From IMG/VR virus record IMGVR_UViG_3300032225_001048, positions 1 to 24,493 of that record: a DNA stretch of 24,493 nt; one strand, 5' to 3'. Position 1 is the first letter of the stretch; every line of letters starts with the position of its first letter. Below the pieces are notes generated by a model. It had not been told where the DNA came from, did no database searches, and was given only the letters and a program-made list of their open reading frames with translations. The translations under genes were made by a program, and so were the position numbers. Source of the stretch: a virus. Taxonomy: Duplodnaviria; Caudoviricetes. Positions 8,412-15,685 of the stretch are shown piece by piece.

Positions 8412-9751
8412 AGCTTGCGCTCCGTCAGTTGGATGTCATGGGTCGATCCACCGCGCTTCATGCTCAGGTCGTCCTTGGTCGTGTCGTAGGTCCCACGGTT
8501 GCCGATTGCGCTCTTGATCATGCGGGGATTGAAATGCACGACCTCGGTCAGTTTGCCGTCGCGGTACTGCATGATGGCGTCGTGACCAGCAGCTTGCGCC
8601 CGGGTTTTCACCTGATTGCCAATACCGCCTCTTTCATCGTAAGCCTTCTCCACAATCTTGTTGGCTTTGTCCCGGTCAACACCGAGCTGCGTCAGCGCAA
8701 GGATCATGGGATCTTCGGCACCCTTGGAATGCAGCACGAGCGGGTTCAGGATGCGGGCGTGGACCGGGAGCATATTGCCGCCCCGCTGCGATGGCAAGAC
8801 ATTGCCAGAGTCTCGCTGCCTCAATGCCTTGAGCCCGACGTCATGGTGGTGCTCGTTTGCCAGCATGGACAGGATTGCATCGTCGTTCGGAATGCCGCTG
8901 TAGCCGCTTGCATGGGATGCGTCAGGGGTCAGGTATACCCCAGCACCTAATGCGCCTTCCTTGCTAGGTTTAAAGCGGCGGATAGCCTCATTGCCTTTGC
9001 CGCCCTCGGTCGCAGTCGTACCGTGGTACAGGCGCATGGGCGTGTGGCTACCCTCAAGAAACTTTCCCAACGCTTTCCGCATATCCTCCACCGGGACTGG
9101 TCCGCCTCCGGCCATCTTTGGCATGGTCGGCCCGGGGCGTTGCGGCATCGCCTGTGGGTTCGGCCGCATGGCCTGCATGGCTTGGCCTTGGGGCGTCAGG
9201 GCAAGGATGTTGCTCTGCGGCTGGCCGGGCCGTGGTGGTGGAGCTCCGGGCGCTCCGGGTGGCGGCATGCCAGCTTGGGGCGGCTGGCCGGGTGACTGTC
9301 CGGGCGGCAGTCCACCTTGCGGCTGGCCGGGCTGCATGGGCATCAACTGGTTGCCCGGCGTCAGGGGCTGGAAGTCCACACCACCAATGGGCAGGCCAGC
9401 ACCGTTACCGCCGTTGGGCGACACGAACGCTTTGATGGGCAGGTCGGGTGCCTCATTGACGCCAACGTCCTTGATGTTCATCAAGTTGGGTGCCTTGCGC
9501 AGCATCAGGCTGGCCAGCATGGTGTCCTTATCGGGCTCTACGCTGCCGCCGTCGGCCATCTTGCGGGTGGGTTTGCGGGCAACATGCTTGACCGGGGTCC
9601 ATTCTTCGCGCTCTTCCGGGTCGTGGCGGTGGGCCAATTGGAACTGAGCCGCAAAGCTCATCTCGGGATTGGACATGTACTCGTCGAACTGGCTCTCGCG
9701 GTGGCTCGGGTGCAGGACGCCGGAGTGACCGACAGCGCCACCAGCGGCCAT
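5739..9751 (-). repeat. Eight dispersed [YMK]-[AK]-x-G-G-x-[VIT] peptide repeats
   Basis: KAKGGSI 5739-5759, KAKGGKV 6264-6284, YATGGPV 6435-6455, YAKGGEV 7128-7148, MKRGGST 8441-8461, MAGGGPV 9095-9115, MADGGSV 9539-9559, MAAGGAV 9731-9751. Confidence 0.8.
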
Positions 9752-11389
9752 GAACTTGATGGGCTGGGGTGCGGCGTACTCTTTGCCCGCGCTGGCTTCC
9801 TGTGCGTGCGGAGGATCAATCTCGTACTCGCCGTTGTTGCTTTTGGCGTGTTCGATGTGGCCTTGGTTCACGTGGTGGGTGAACGCTGACTGGTGCTGGA
9901 CAGTGCTCGTGGACGTGGTCGGCGTGGTCATCAGCAGGTGGCCAGCCTCTTTGCCGTTCTTGGTCTTGAACCGGTCCTTGGGCAGGAATTCCTCGTCCTT
10001 GAAACGGGAGTCGGTCGGGATCATGTGCTCGACGCTCTCCATCTTGCCGGTCGATTTGTTCTTCTTGCGCTCTGGGACGTTGACCAACCGAGGGTGCAGG
10101 ATGTGCTGCTTCTGGTAGTCGTAGCGCTGATCGTTCAGCGTGGTGTGGCCAAAGTGCGCCTTGTCGGGCGTTGTGGGCTTGCCAGTGGGTCCAAAGTGGC
10201 CAGATGGGCCCTCGGCCTTCTCTTCCTCGGAAAGCTCACTCACGGGCCTTCCAGTGGACCAGTACTTGGCATGGGTGATGTTTTTTTCCATGTTTTTGGC
10301 CAGCGGGGAGCCGCGCTTGACGTCGGTCACCATGTACGAACCCTTGGGCGGCGTCTTGTGGCCTTCGTCGTTCACTAGGTCATCACCCTTGGCGGTCGTG
10401 GCCGTTATGGTGGAGCGGACGCGCTGCTTGTCCCGGGCAATGTTCTCGGCCACCGAAGCGCCCTGCTTGGTCTTTGGCCCGACGTTGGAGTAGGTGACGT
10501 GGTAGCCGTTCTCCGGGTCGTGCATCTCGTTGGTCTTGCCGTACGAGTTTGCGGTGATGGGCGGCTTGCCTTCTTCGGCACGCTGCTTGTTCAGGCCCCG
10601 GATGACATGGCGGGATGACACGTCGGTCTCGTCCACTACATTGGGACGGAACAACAGGCGCATGTTTTTCTTGTCAGCTTTTTCGGCAGCCTCACGCATA
10701 GAGCCGGTGTGGGCTAGTATCCAGTCCTTGGTCATAGCCGGGTCGTGCTTGGCTTGCTCGTGGCATGCCCGGCGCACGGCAGCGTTGACGTACTGGGACT
10801 CGGCATTGGGCGCAAAGCATGTGCCCCGCATAGTGTCCACCACGCCGCTCTTATCAACCCCACCGCCGCAACCCTCGGTCTGGCCCGCGCAAGTGTTGAG
10901 CACGTGGCGCATCTCGTTCGTGCCATGGCCAGATGTGTACAGGGCATGGCCAGCGATACCCTTGGACGCAAAGCCTTCGTAGCCCCGACCCTTCTCGTCG
11001 TGCTCGTGGCGGACGGTGTCGAGCTTCTCGCTCTTGTCCAGAGTGTTGGCGGTTTTGCCAATGTGCTTGGCCATACGCAGCTTTTGCAGGGCGTCTTGTT
11101 CCGCGCCGATCTGCTCGTGCAGTGGCTTGTCAAAGTGCTCTTCTAGGGTTTCTTTGTGGAGGCGGCCCATCTGGCCAACGGTCAATGGGGGGCGATTCTC
11201 AGATCCGTAAACTGACGCACGGGCGTCGTTGATCTTGTTCATGCCCTCTGCGTGCTGGGTTCCTTCCAACATGTGCCGGGGAACTACGATGCCCTTGACG
11301 CCGCCAAAGCCCTTTGCGTTGACCAGAACTCGAGTGGGCTGCTTTTTCTGCGCCACTTCGGCGCGCATCTGTTCTACGGTTGGTGCCAC
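8408..11389 (-). CDS. Large modular protein: GP88-like Cys-triad domain, Pro/Gln/Gly-rich region, ART-PolyVal-like ADP-ribosyltransferase domain (993 aa)
   Basis: GTG start after GGAGG. C-terminal LYHGT...GALGAGVYLT...MLPVHARILNPL...GHDAI...EVVHFNPRMIKSAIGNRGTY. N-terminal NTCAGQTEGC...CFA. Linkers MAAGG, MADGG, MAGGG and MKRGG. Confidence 0.75.
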   Translation of the reverse strand: MAPTVEQMRAEVAQKKQPTRVLVNAKGFGGVKGIVVPRHMLEGTQHAEGMNKINDARASVYGSENRPPLTVGQMGRLHKETLEEHFDKPLHEQIGAEQDALQKLRMAKHIGKTANTLDKSEKLDTVRHEHDEKGRGYEGFASKGIAGHALYTSGHGTNEMRHVLNTCAGQTEGCGGGVDKSGVVDTMRGTCFAPNAESQYVNAAVRRACHEQAKHDPAMTKDWILAHTGSMREAAEKADKKNMRLLFRPNVVDETDVSSRHVIRGLNKQRAEEGKPPITANSYGKTNEMHDPENGYHVTYSNVGPKTKQGASVAENIARDKQRVRSTITATTAKGDDLVNDEGHKTPPKGSYMVTDVKRGSPLAKNMEKNITHAKYWSTGRPVSELSEEEKAEGPSGHFGPTGKPTTPDKAHFGHTTLNDQRYDYQKQHILHPRLVNVPERKKNKSTGKMESVEHMIPTDSRFKDEEFLPKDRFKTKNGKEAGHLLMTTPTTSTSTVQHQSAFTHHVNQGHIEHAKSNNGEYEIDPPHAQEASAGKEYAAPQPIKFMAAGGAVGHSGVLHPSHRESQFDEYMSNPEMSFAAQFQLAHRHDPEEREEWTPVKHVARKPTRKMADGGSVEPDKDTMLASLMLRKAPNLMNIKDVGVNEAPDLPIKAFVSPNGGNGAGLPIGGVDFQPLTPGNQLMPMQPGQPQGGLPPGQSPGQPPQAGMPPPGAPGAPPPRPGQPQSNILALTPQGQAMQAMRPNPQAMPQRPGPTMPKMAGGGPVPVEDMRKALGKFLEGSHTPMRLYHGTTATEGGKGNEAIRRFKPSKEGALGAGVYLTPDASHASGYSGIPNDDAILSMLANEHHHDVGLKALRQRDSGNVLPSQRGGNMLPVHARILNPLVLHSKGAEDPMILALTQLGVDRDKANKIVEKAYDERGGIGNQVKTRAQAAGHDAIMQYRDGKLTEVVHFNPRMIKSAIGNRGTYDTTKDDLSMKRGGSTHDIQLTERKL

Positions 11390-11419
11390 ATGACCTCCAA
11401 ATAGGGTTTGGCGCGCATT

Positions 11420-12835
11420 CTACGCGGCATAAGGATTTTCCCTGTTACGGTGACCAGCGTCAATGTAGTCGTCCTCGTCCACCCATTCCCGTGGGAAGTC
11501 GATGGTCAGCCACCCGGCATCACGCAGGTAGCGCAGGGCTTGGCTCATGGCGTCCACAAAGTCGTCATGGGCGGTATCCGGGAAGCTGCAGACCTGACTG
11601 ACCATGCCCTCGGCCCAGTCTCGCACAAACCCTTTGCGCTTGCTGGACTCGGGTATCCACACCCTGCCCGCCTTGATGATGTTGGAGACGATGCTCAGGC
11701 GCTGGATCTTGTCGGCCTTGCCCGGGTTCCACGGGATCACCGGCAGGCCAGCCCGGCGCAGGTCTTGGATCAAGCTGATACCGGCGCTCTTGTCCTCGAT
11801 CAGCAGGACGTCCACGCGCTTCTTTTCCCGGCCGTCGCCGTAGACTGTCTCATACTCGTCCACGATCCGGGGCCGCAGGTCGGGATACTGCAGCCGGTCC
11901 TGCCAGCAGTCGATCACCATCACGCACATGCCGCCATCAGTGGGCTTGAAAACCCCAAAGGTTATGTGAGCGGTCGGATCGTTCTGCGTCTTCTCGCTGG
12001 TTGCCACGTCCATGGACTGCACGATGTACTCAAACTTGGGAAACTCCCGGCCATCAGGCCACAGGCGGAACCAGTCGCGCTTGACGATGCCGCCTTCCTC
12101 GGGGTCAATGATCTCCGCATGGATCTCCTGCCGCCCGAGGTTCGTGCCCTCATAGCTCAGGATCTGCTTTTTGAACGACGGCGCAAGGTTGTCGATGTTG
12201 CTGTACGTGCTGGCCCGGGTTATCACCACGTCGTCGCCTTCACGGGCGATCAGGTCCATCACAACATCTTTTGGTTTTGGCGTGGTGGAGCAGATCAACC
12301 GGGTGTGCTTGCCCAGCCGGATGCCGAACTGGATCATGTCCCAGCTTTCCTGCAGGTACTCCCAAGCGGCCAGCTCGTCCAGCCAGCCACCGTGAAACTG
12401 CGGACCCCTGAACCTTTCGGGCTCGGACGCCGGGATGCCCTTGATGAGCGAGCCATTGATCAGGACAAGCTCATGCAAAGATTTGTTGTAGTCCTTGATC
12501 AAATCCGGCGGAATGACGGACATCAGGCCGGAGTCGCCCTCAAAGCAGGTTGCCCGCAGGTCGCTCGATGTCGGCGCGGATACCAGCCACCGGGTGCCGG
12601 GCTGCTCCCATGCCCACCATGCTAGGTTCTCTGCGGCCGACCGGGTCTTACCGGCTCCACGGCCTGCGCACATCAGCCAGACGGACCACCAATCGCCTAC
12701 GGGCTCAATTTGGTGCCGGTGGGCGGTCATGATCCACTTGGCCCGCCATGCGAACGCAATGCGATGGCTTTGCGGTAGCTGTGCGAACTGATCCCGGAGC
12801 TTGGGGTCGCGCAGGATGTCAGCTAGGTTGCCCAT
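11420..12835 (-). CDS. terL: Terminase large subunit (471 aa)
   Basis: Walker A AGRGAGKT, RFRGPQ, Walker B WLDELA, coupling motif TTP, RNase H-like nuclease SMDVA...IEDKSAG...FPDTAHDDFVDAMSQ. Confidence 0.95.
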   Translation of the reverse strand: MGNLADILRDPKLRDQFAQLPQSHRIAFAWRAKWIMTAHRHQIEPVGDWWSVWLMCAGRGAGKTRSAAENLAWWAWEQPGTRWLVSAPTSSDLRATCFEGDSGLMSVIPPDLIKDYNKSLHELVLINGSLIKGIPASEPERFRGPQFHGGWLDELAAWEYLQESWDMIQFGIRLGKHTRLICSTTPKPKDVVMDLIAREGDDVVITRASTYSNIDNLAPSFKKQILSYEGTNLGRQEIHAEIIDPEEGGIVKRDWFRLWPDGREFPKFEYIVQSMDVATSEKTQNDPTAHITFGVFKPTDGGMCVMVIDCWQDRLQYPDLRPRIVDEYETVYGDGREKKRVDVLLIEDKSAGISLIQDLRRAGLPVIPWNPGKADKIQRLSIVSNIIKAGRVWIPESSKRKGFVRDWAEGMVSQVCSFPDTAHDDFVDAMSQALRYLRDAGWLTIDFPREWVDEDDYIDAGHRNRENPYAA

Positions 12836-13122
12836 GGAGTAACGGCAACTCGATGCTGCTCTTCCACCGTCTTCAGGTCGGCCAGCACCTCTCGGGGCAC
12901 CAACTCGCAGTCAATGTTCCACAAGTGGTCGTCAATGACATTCCACTTGTTGACCGACCAAAAGATGCGCGGTCTTATATGCAGGCGCAGACGGAAGCGG
13001 TAGGAAGTCGCGGTGTAGGTGGCAAAGTCGTACCATGCCCATATAGCCAGAAAGCCACCCGGTGCCCGGCGTAGGTTCAGTCCCAGCTTCATGATATTGC
13101 CCTCTGGCGTGTGGTGGATCAT
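12823..13122 (-). CDS. Hypothetical protein between terS and terL (99 aa)
   Basis: ATGA overlap with the terS stop and overlap with the terL start. Aromatic-rich, no recognised motif. Confidence 0.6.
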   Translation of the reverse strand: MIHHTPEGNIMKLGLNLRRAPGGFLAIWAWYDFATYTATSYRFRLRLHIRPRIFWSVNKWNVIDDHLWNIDCELVPREVLADLKTVEEQHRVAVTPWAT

Positions 13123-13712
13123 CCCGGCTGGCCTTCGAGCTTGGCCATGGACATGTACTTCAGGACCTCACCGAACACGTCAAAGCTGGTCTCGACCACC
13201 AGCGGGTTCTTGTCGTCACCGGCCACCACGGTGCGGTTGCCATACTTGGAAGGGTCCCAGCAGGCCAGCAACTTTAGTCGGGTCTCAATGCGCAGCTTGC
13301 GGTGGCCGAGCATGTCCTCGATGGTCACCCGGCTGCCTTTGTCGTCCAGCACCTCGATCTGGCCAAGGTGAAAGTTGTCGGCGATCTCTAGCGTTTCCTC
13401 GGCCATTGCTTGGTATCCGGCCTCTCGCGCGCGTGTGACCTGTAGGGAAAGTTCTTTGTCTTTCGCCACCCAATCGTACATCACCGTCCAGTGCGGCATA
13501 TGCTCATCCCTACAGATTTTCCGTAGTGGCTCTCCGTCACTTAGGCGCATGCAGATCTCTGCTGCAAGTTCTGGGGTGTATTTGCTCGGGCGGCCCACTT
13601 TCTTTTTCGGGGCTACGAGCGCGTTATCGGCCACCACAGGTAGATTGCCCTCAACTTGGTCGTTTGGAGGCTTCTGTGGCCGTCTGGACGGCTTGGCGGT
13701 AGTTTCTGGCAT
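13119..13712 (-). CDS. terS: Terminase small subunit (Sf6 gp1-like, 197 aa)
   Basis: GRPSKYTPELAAEICMRLSDGEPLRKIC HTH, AREAG...LEIAD, RKLRIETRLKLLACWDPSKYG. Confidence 0.9.
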   Translation of the reverse strand: MPETTAKPSRRPQKPPNDQVEGNLPVVADNALVAPKKKVGRPSKYTPELAAEICMRLSDGEPLRKICRDEHMPHWTVMYDWVAKDKELSLQVTRAREAGYQAMAEETLEIADNFHLGQIEVLDDKGSRVTIEDMLGHRKLRIETRLKLLACWDPSKYGNRTVVAGDDKNPLVVETSFDVFGEVLKYMSMAKLEGQPG

Positions 13713-13750
13713 GGTGAATCCTTATTCCTATGCGGCCCAGTGTAACAAGT

Positions 13751-14010
13751 TGTTGGTGGCCGGTGCTGAACTCCGGCTTAGTGTCCTGACGTTTGCAGTG
13801 GTAGCCTATTGCATGTATTTCCCAACATGCCCGCTATTCCACGCACTTTGGGTCGTCTTTGTCGAACTGGACTTATATCCCAGCACCCGAGCGCATCAGC
13901 CTGCGCATCCACCAACACGGCTGAAGACTGGCTTGTTCTTGCGGCTCCGTCTATCACGGCAATTTCCGAAACCAATCCCCATGCGTGATGGTCACCCCTT
14001 GCGGGGGTGA
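13751..14010 (-). ncRNA. Candidate structured RNA region (tRNA-like element with kissing loops, plus long stem and hairpin)
   Basis: Closing stem TGTTGGTG/CACCAACA (13910-13917 with 13751-13758). Hairpins GCGCA-GGCTGA-TGCGC and GCCGG-AGTTCAGCA-CCGGC have complementary loops GCTGA/TCAGC. Adjacent stem at 13916-13987 and hairpin at 13992-14010. Confidence 0.6.
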
Positions 14011-14018
14011 GTCGTCAA

Positions 14019-14249
14019 CTACTCTTGCGATGTGCCCATTACCCGGCGCTCCATGGCTTTGTTCGCAATCTTGAGGCTTTTAATTTCCTCTTTCTGGCGC
14101 TCCACGGTGCTGGTCAGGTGCTGTATCCGGCTCATGGCGCTATCGATCCAGTTCGATACTTCGGCTGGCATGTTGTAAACCTTGTCGGTTTTTGCGGGCT
14201 CGATTTTAATCTCGGGCAAAACCTTTGTGGTTTTCTTTACGGTTGCCAT
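14019..14249 (-). CDS. Hypothetical coiled-coil protein (76 aa)
   Basis: ATG 14249 after a GAGGTG RBS (MATVKKTTK...). Heptad-like C-terminus. Confidence 0.7.
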   Translation of the reverse strand: MATVKKTTKVLPEIKIEPAKTDKVYNMPAEVSNWIDSAMSRIQHLTSTVERQKEEIKSLKIANKAMERRVMGTSQE

Positions 14250-14254
14250 CTGAT

Positions 14255-14350
14255 TCACCTCACTAAATCTGGCAGCCACGACATGCAGGCTACGAACAAA
14301 AAGAACATCGCCGCTATGAGCAGCTTGTCGCTGGTAGTTTCACTTTGCAT
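14255..14350 (-). CDS. Small membrane peptide (31 aa)
   Basis: MQSETTSDKLLIAAMFFLFVACMSWLPDLVR; fills the gap, with a TAATG overlap. Confidence 0.5.
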   Translation of the reverse strand: MQSETTSDKLLIAAMFFLFVACMSWLPDLVR

Positions 14351-14598
14351 TATATCTTTTTCCTTTTGTTGATGATGGATTGCGCCCACGGAACTACGAA
14401 TTCGTTGTAGGGAATTGGGACCTGTGGCTCATGGAAAAACTTGCGGCTGTTGAGCGTATGTTCAACCTGAAACTTCTCAGGTTCTGCCATCTTTATGGCG
14501 TGGATCAGGTCATCCAGCTCAGGCCGGGAAATGTGCATATCCTCCCGCTTAGGCCGGGCAATTTCTTTCAGCATTTTTTGATGTTGTTCATGTAGCAT
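14350..14598 (-). CDS. Hypothetical protein (82 aa)
   Basis: AGGAG RBS; operon packing. Confidence 0.7.
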   Translation of the reverse strand: MLHEQHQKMLKEIARPKREDMHISRPELDDLIHAIKMAEPEKFQVEHTLNSRKFFHEPQVPIPYNEFVVPWAQSIINKRKKI

Positions 14599-14608
14599 TG
14601 TTTAACTC

Positions 14609-14812
14609 CTATGTCATTGCGGCCATTGCCCAATGCAAGTCGTTTAACTTGGGCGTGTTTTTTTTGAGGATCTTTTCTGCCTTGCGATAGTCGGATTTGT
14701 ATTGCACTGCCAGTTTGTAGTCGCCGTTGACCACTCGGAACGGCACCCGCATCATGGCGCTGCTTAAAGCAGCCTTCAATCTGTCAATTTGTTCTTTTTC
14801 TTCAACGCTCAT
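14609..14812 (-). CDS. Hypothetical protein (67 aa, MSVEEKEQ...)
   Basis: GAGGAG RBS before ATG 14812. The longer ORF-track start overlaps the upstream gene. Confidence 0.65.
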   Translation of the reverse strand: MSVEEKEQIDRLKAALSSAMMRVPFRVVNGDYKLAVQYKSDYRKAEKILKKNTPKLNDLHWAMAAMT

Positions 14813-15203
14813 GTGTTCTCCTCGATTGTCTGTAATACCCAAGGACGTCACGCAACTCTGACTCAAGCGAATTAAGCAGTTCATCAAATGTGTCTGCATG
14901 ACCTGTTGCCAAGTCAAATGTACCCATGATGCGTATTAGCCGTTCCAAACATTGAACGCACAACTTGCATTTACCATCCTGCGCTGGCTCATCAAGATAC
15001 ACACTCATTGGGTCAATCCGCTCACCATCCTTTGACCACGATGTGCCGTACATAGCGCGGTCTTCATGCATCTTCTTGTACTCCGCATCAAAGTCGGAAT
15101 TGACTTTGTCCATTGCCGCTTGGCGCTTGGCTTGATAGCCGCCGCCCCACGCACCTTGCTTGCGGGCAAGGTCGTCAAACGCCTCGTCTTCAGGTGTTTT
15201 CAT
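14802..15203 (-). CDS. Hypothetical protein (133 aa)
   Basis: The MKTPEDEAFDDLARKQG N-terminus is typical of variable phage accessory ORFs. Contains CKLCVQC. Confidence 0.65.
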   Translation of the reverse strand: MKTPEDEAFDDLARKQGAWGGGYQAKRQAAMDKVNSDFDAEYKKMHEDRAMYGTSWSKDGERIDPMSVYLDEPAQDGKCKLCVQCLERLIRIMGTFDLATGHADTFDELLNSLESELRDVLGYYRQSRRTHER

Positions 15204-15354
15204 TTGCTTTTTCCTTTAGGTCACCCGGCAGCACTACGGAGCAATACTTCAGCTTGCTCCCGTCAACCAACAACACGTTGGTGGTCGCTGCGGCTAGGTT
15301 CGGACCGTATATCTTCTTCAGCGCATCCCACACTTTTTGTGCTTCAGTTTTCAT
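15190..15354 (-). CDS. Hypothetical protein (54 aa)
   Basis: MKTEAQKVWDALKKIYGPNLAAATTNVLLVDGSKLKYCSVVLPGDLKEKANENT; ATGA overlap with the upstream gene. Confidence 0.55.
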   Translation of the reverse strand: MKTEAQKVWDALKKIYGPNLAAATTNVLLVDGSKLKYCSVVLPGDLKEKANENT

Positions 15355-15563
15355 AGCATTCCGTTTCGTAAAGTTATGCAGGTGCCCTCAATGAGGGTAA
15401 TCGTGGCCTCGCCCTTCGCGGCCATCTTGCGTAGGTTGTCCTTCTGCGCGTCCACCGCGCTGCGGCATTGCTGCTCGGTTTTGTACCAAATCTGCGCTTG
15501 CATGAACTCGCAGTTGTTGTTCATGCAGACGAACAGGATGGGTATGAAGATGGTCTGGATCAT
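15351..15563 (-). CDS. Small Cys-containing, possibly exported protein (70 aa)
   Basis: MIQTIFIPILFVCMNNNC...QQC...GTC; ATGA overlap at the start. Confidence 0.65.
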   Translation of the reverse strand: MIQTIFIPILFVCMNNNCEFMQAQIWYKTEQQCRSAVDAQKDNLRKMAAKGEATITLIEGTCITLRNGML

Positions 15564-15685
15564 GCTACCAACCCCCACACCACGCTGCCTAGCACGGACA
15601 CAAACAGCAAGAAGAAAAGTATGGCGATTACGGTCTTCAACAAGTCGAAGAAAAATTCGCCACCGGAATCATCGTCGTCGTTCAT
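15560..15685 (-). CDS. Small single-pass membrane protein (41 aa)
   Basis: MNDDDDSGGEFFFDLLKTVIAILFFLLFVSVLGSVVWGLVA; ATGA overlaps on both sides. Confidence 0.6.
   Translation of the reverse strand: MNDDDDSGGEFFFDLLKTVIAILFFLLFVSVLGSVVWGLVA

Noticed and set aside
5785-8535. Diversity-generating retroelement TR/VR pair at the two ART 3' ends
   Set aside because: The similarity is short, the mismatches are mostly synonymous and not adenine-specific, both copies are coding, and no reverse transcriptase is in the window.
9120-9350. Collagen-like or DNA tandem repeat in the Pro/Gln/Gly-rich region
   Set aside because: There is no sustained Gly-X-Y period or exact DNA repeat; it is treated as a disordered linker.
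11408-12625. 405-aa plus-strand ORF
   Set aside because: Antisense shadow of terL.
13751-13917. tRNA, tmRNA or hammerhead ribozyme call
   Set aside because: There is no anticodon arm or canonical 7-nt T loop, it is too short for tmRNA, and CTGATGC lacks the hammerhead CUGANGA core.
13778-13975. 65-aa minus-strand ORF
   Set aside because: It has a TTG start and no clear RBS, and it overlies extensive base-paired structure better explained as ncRNA.
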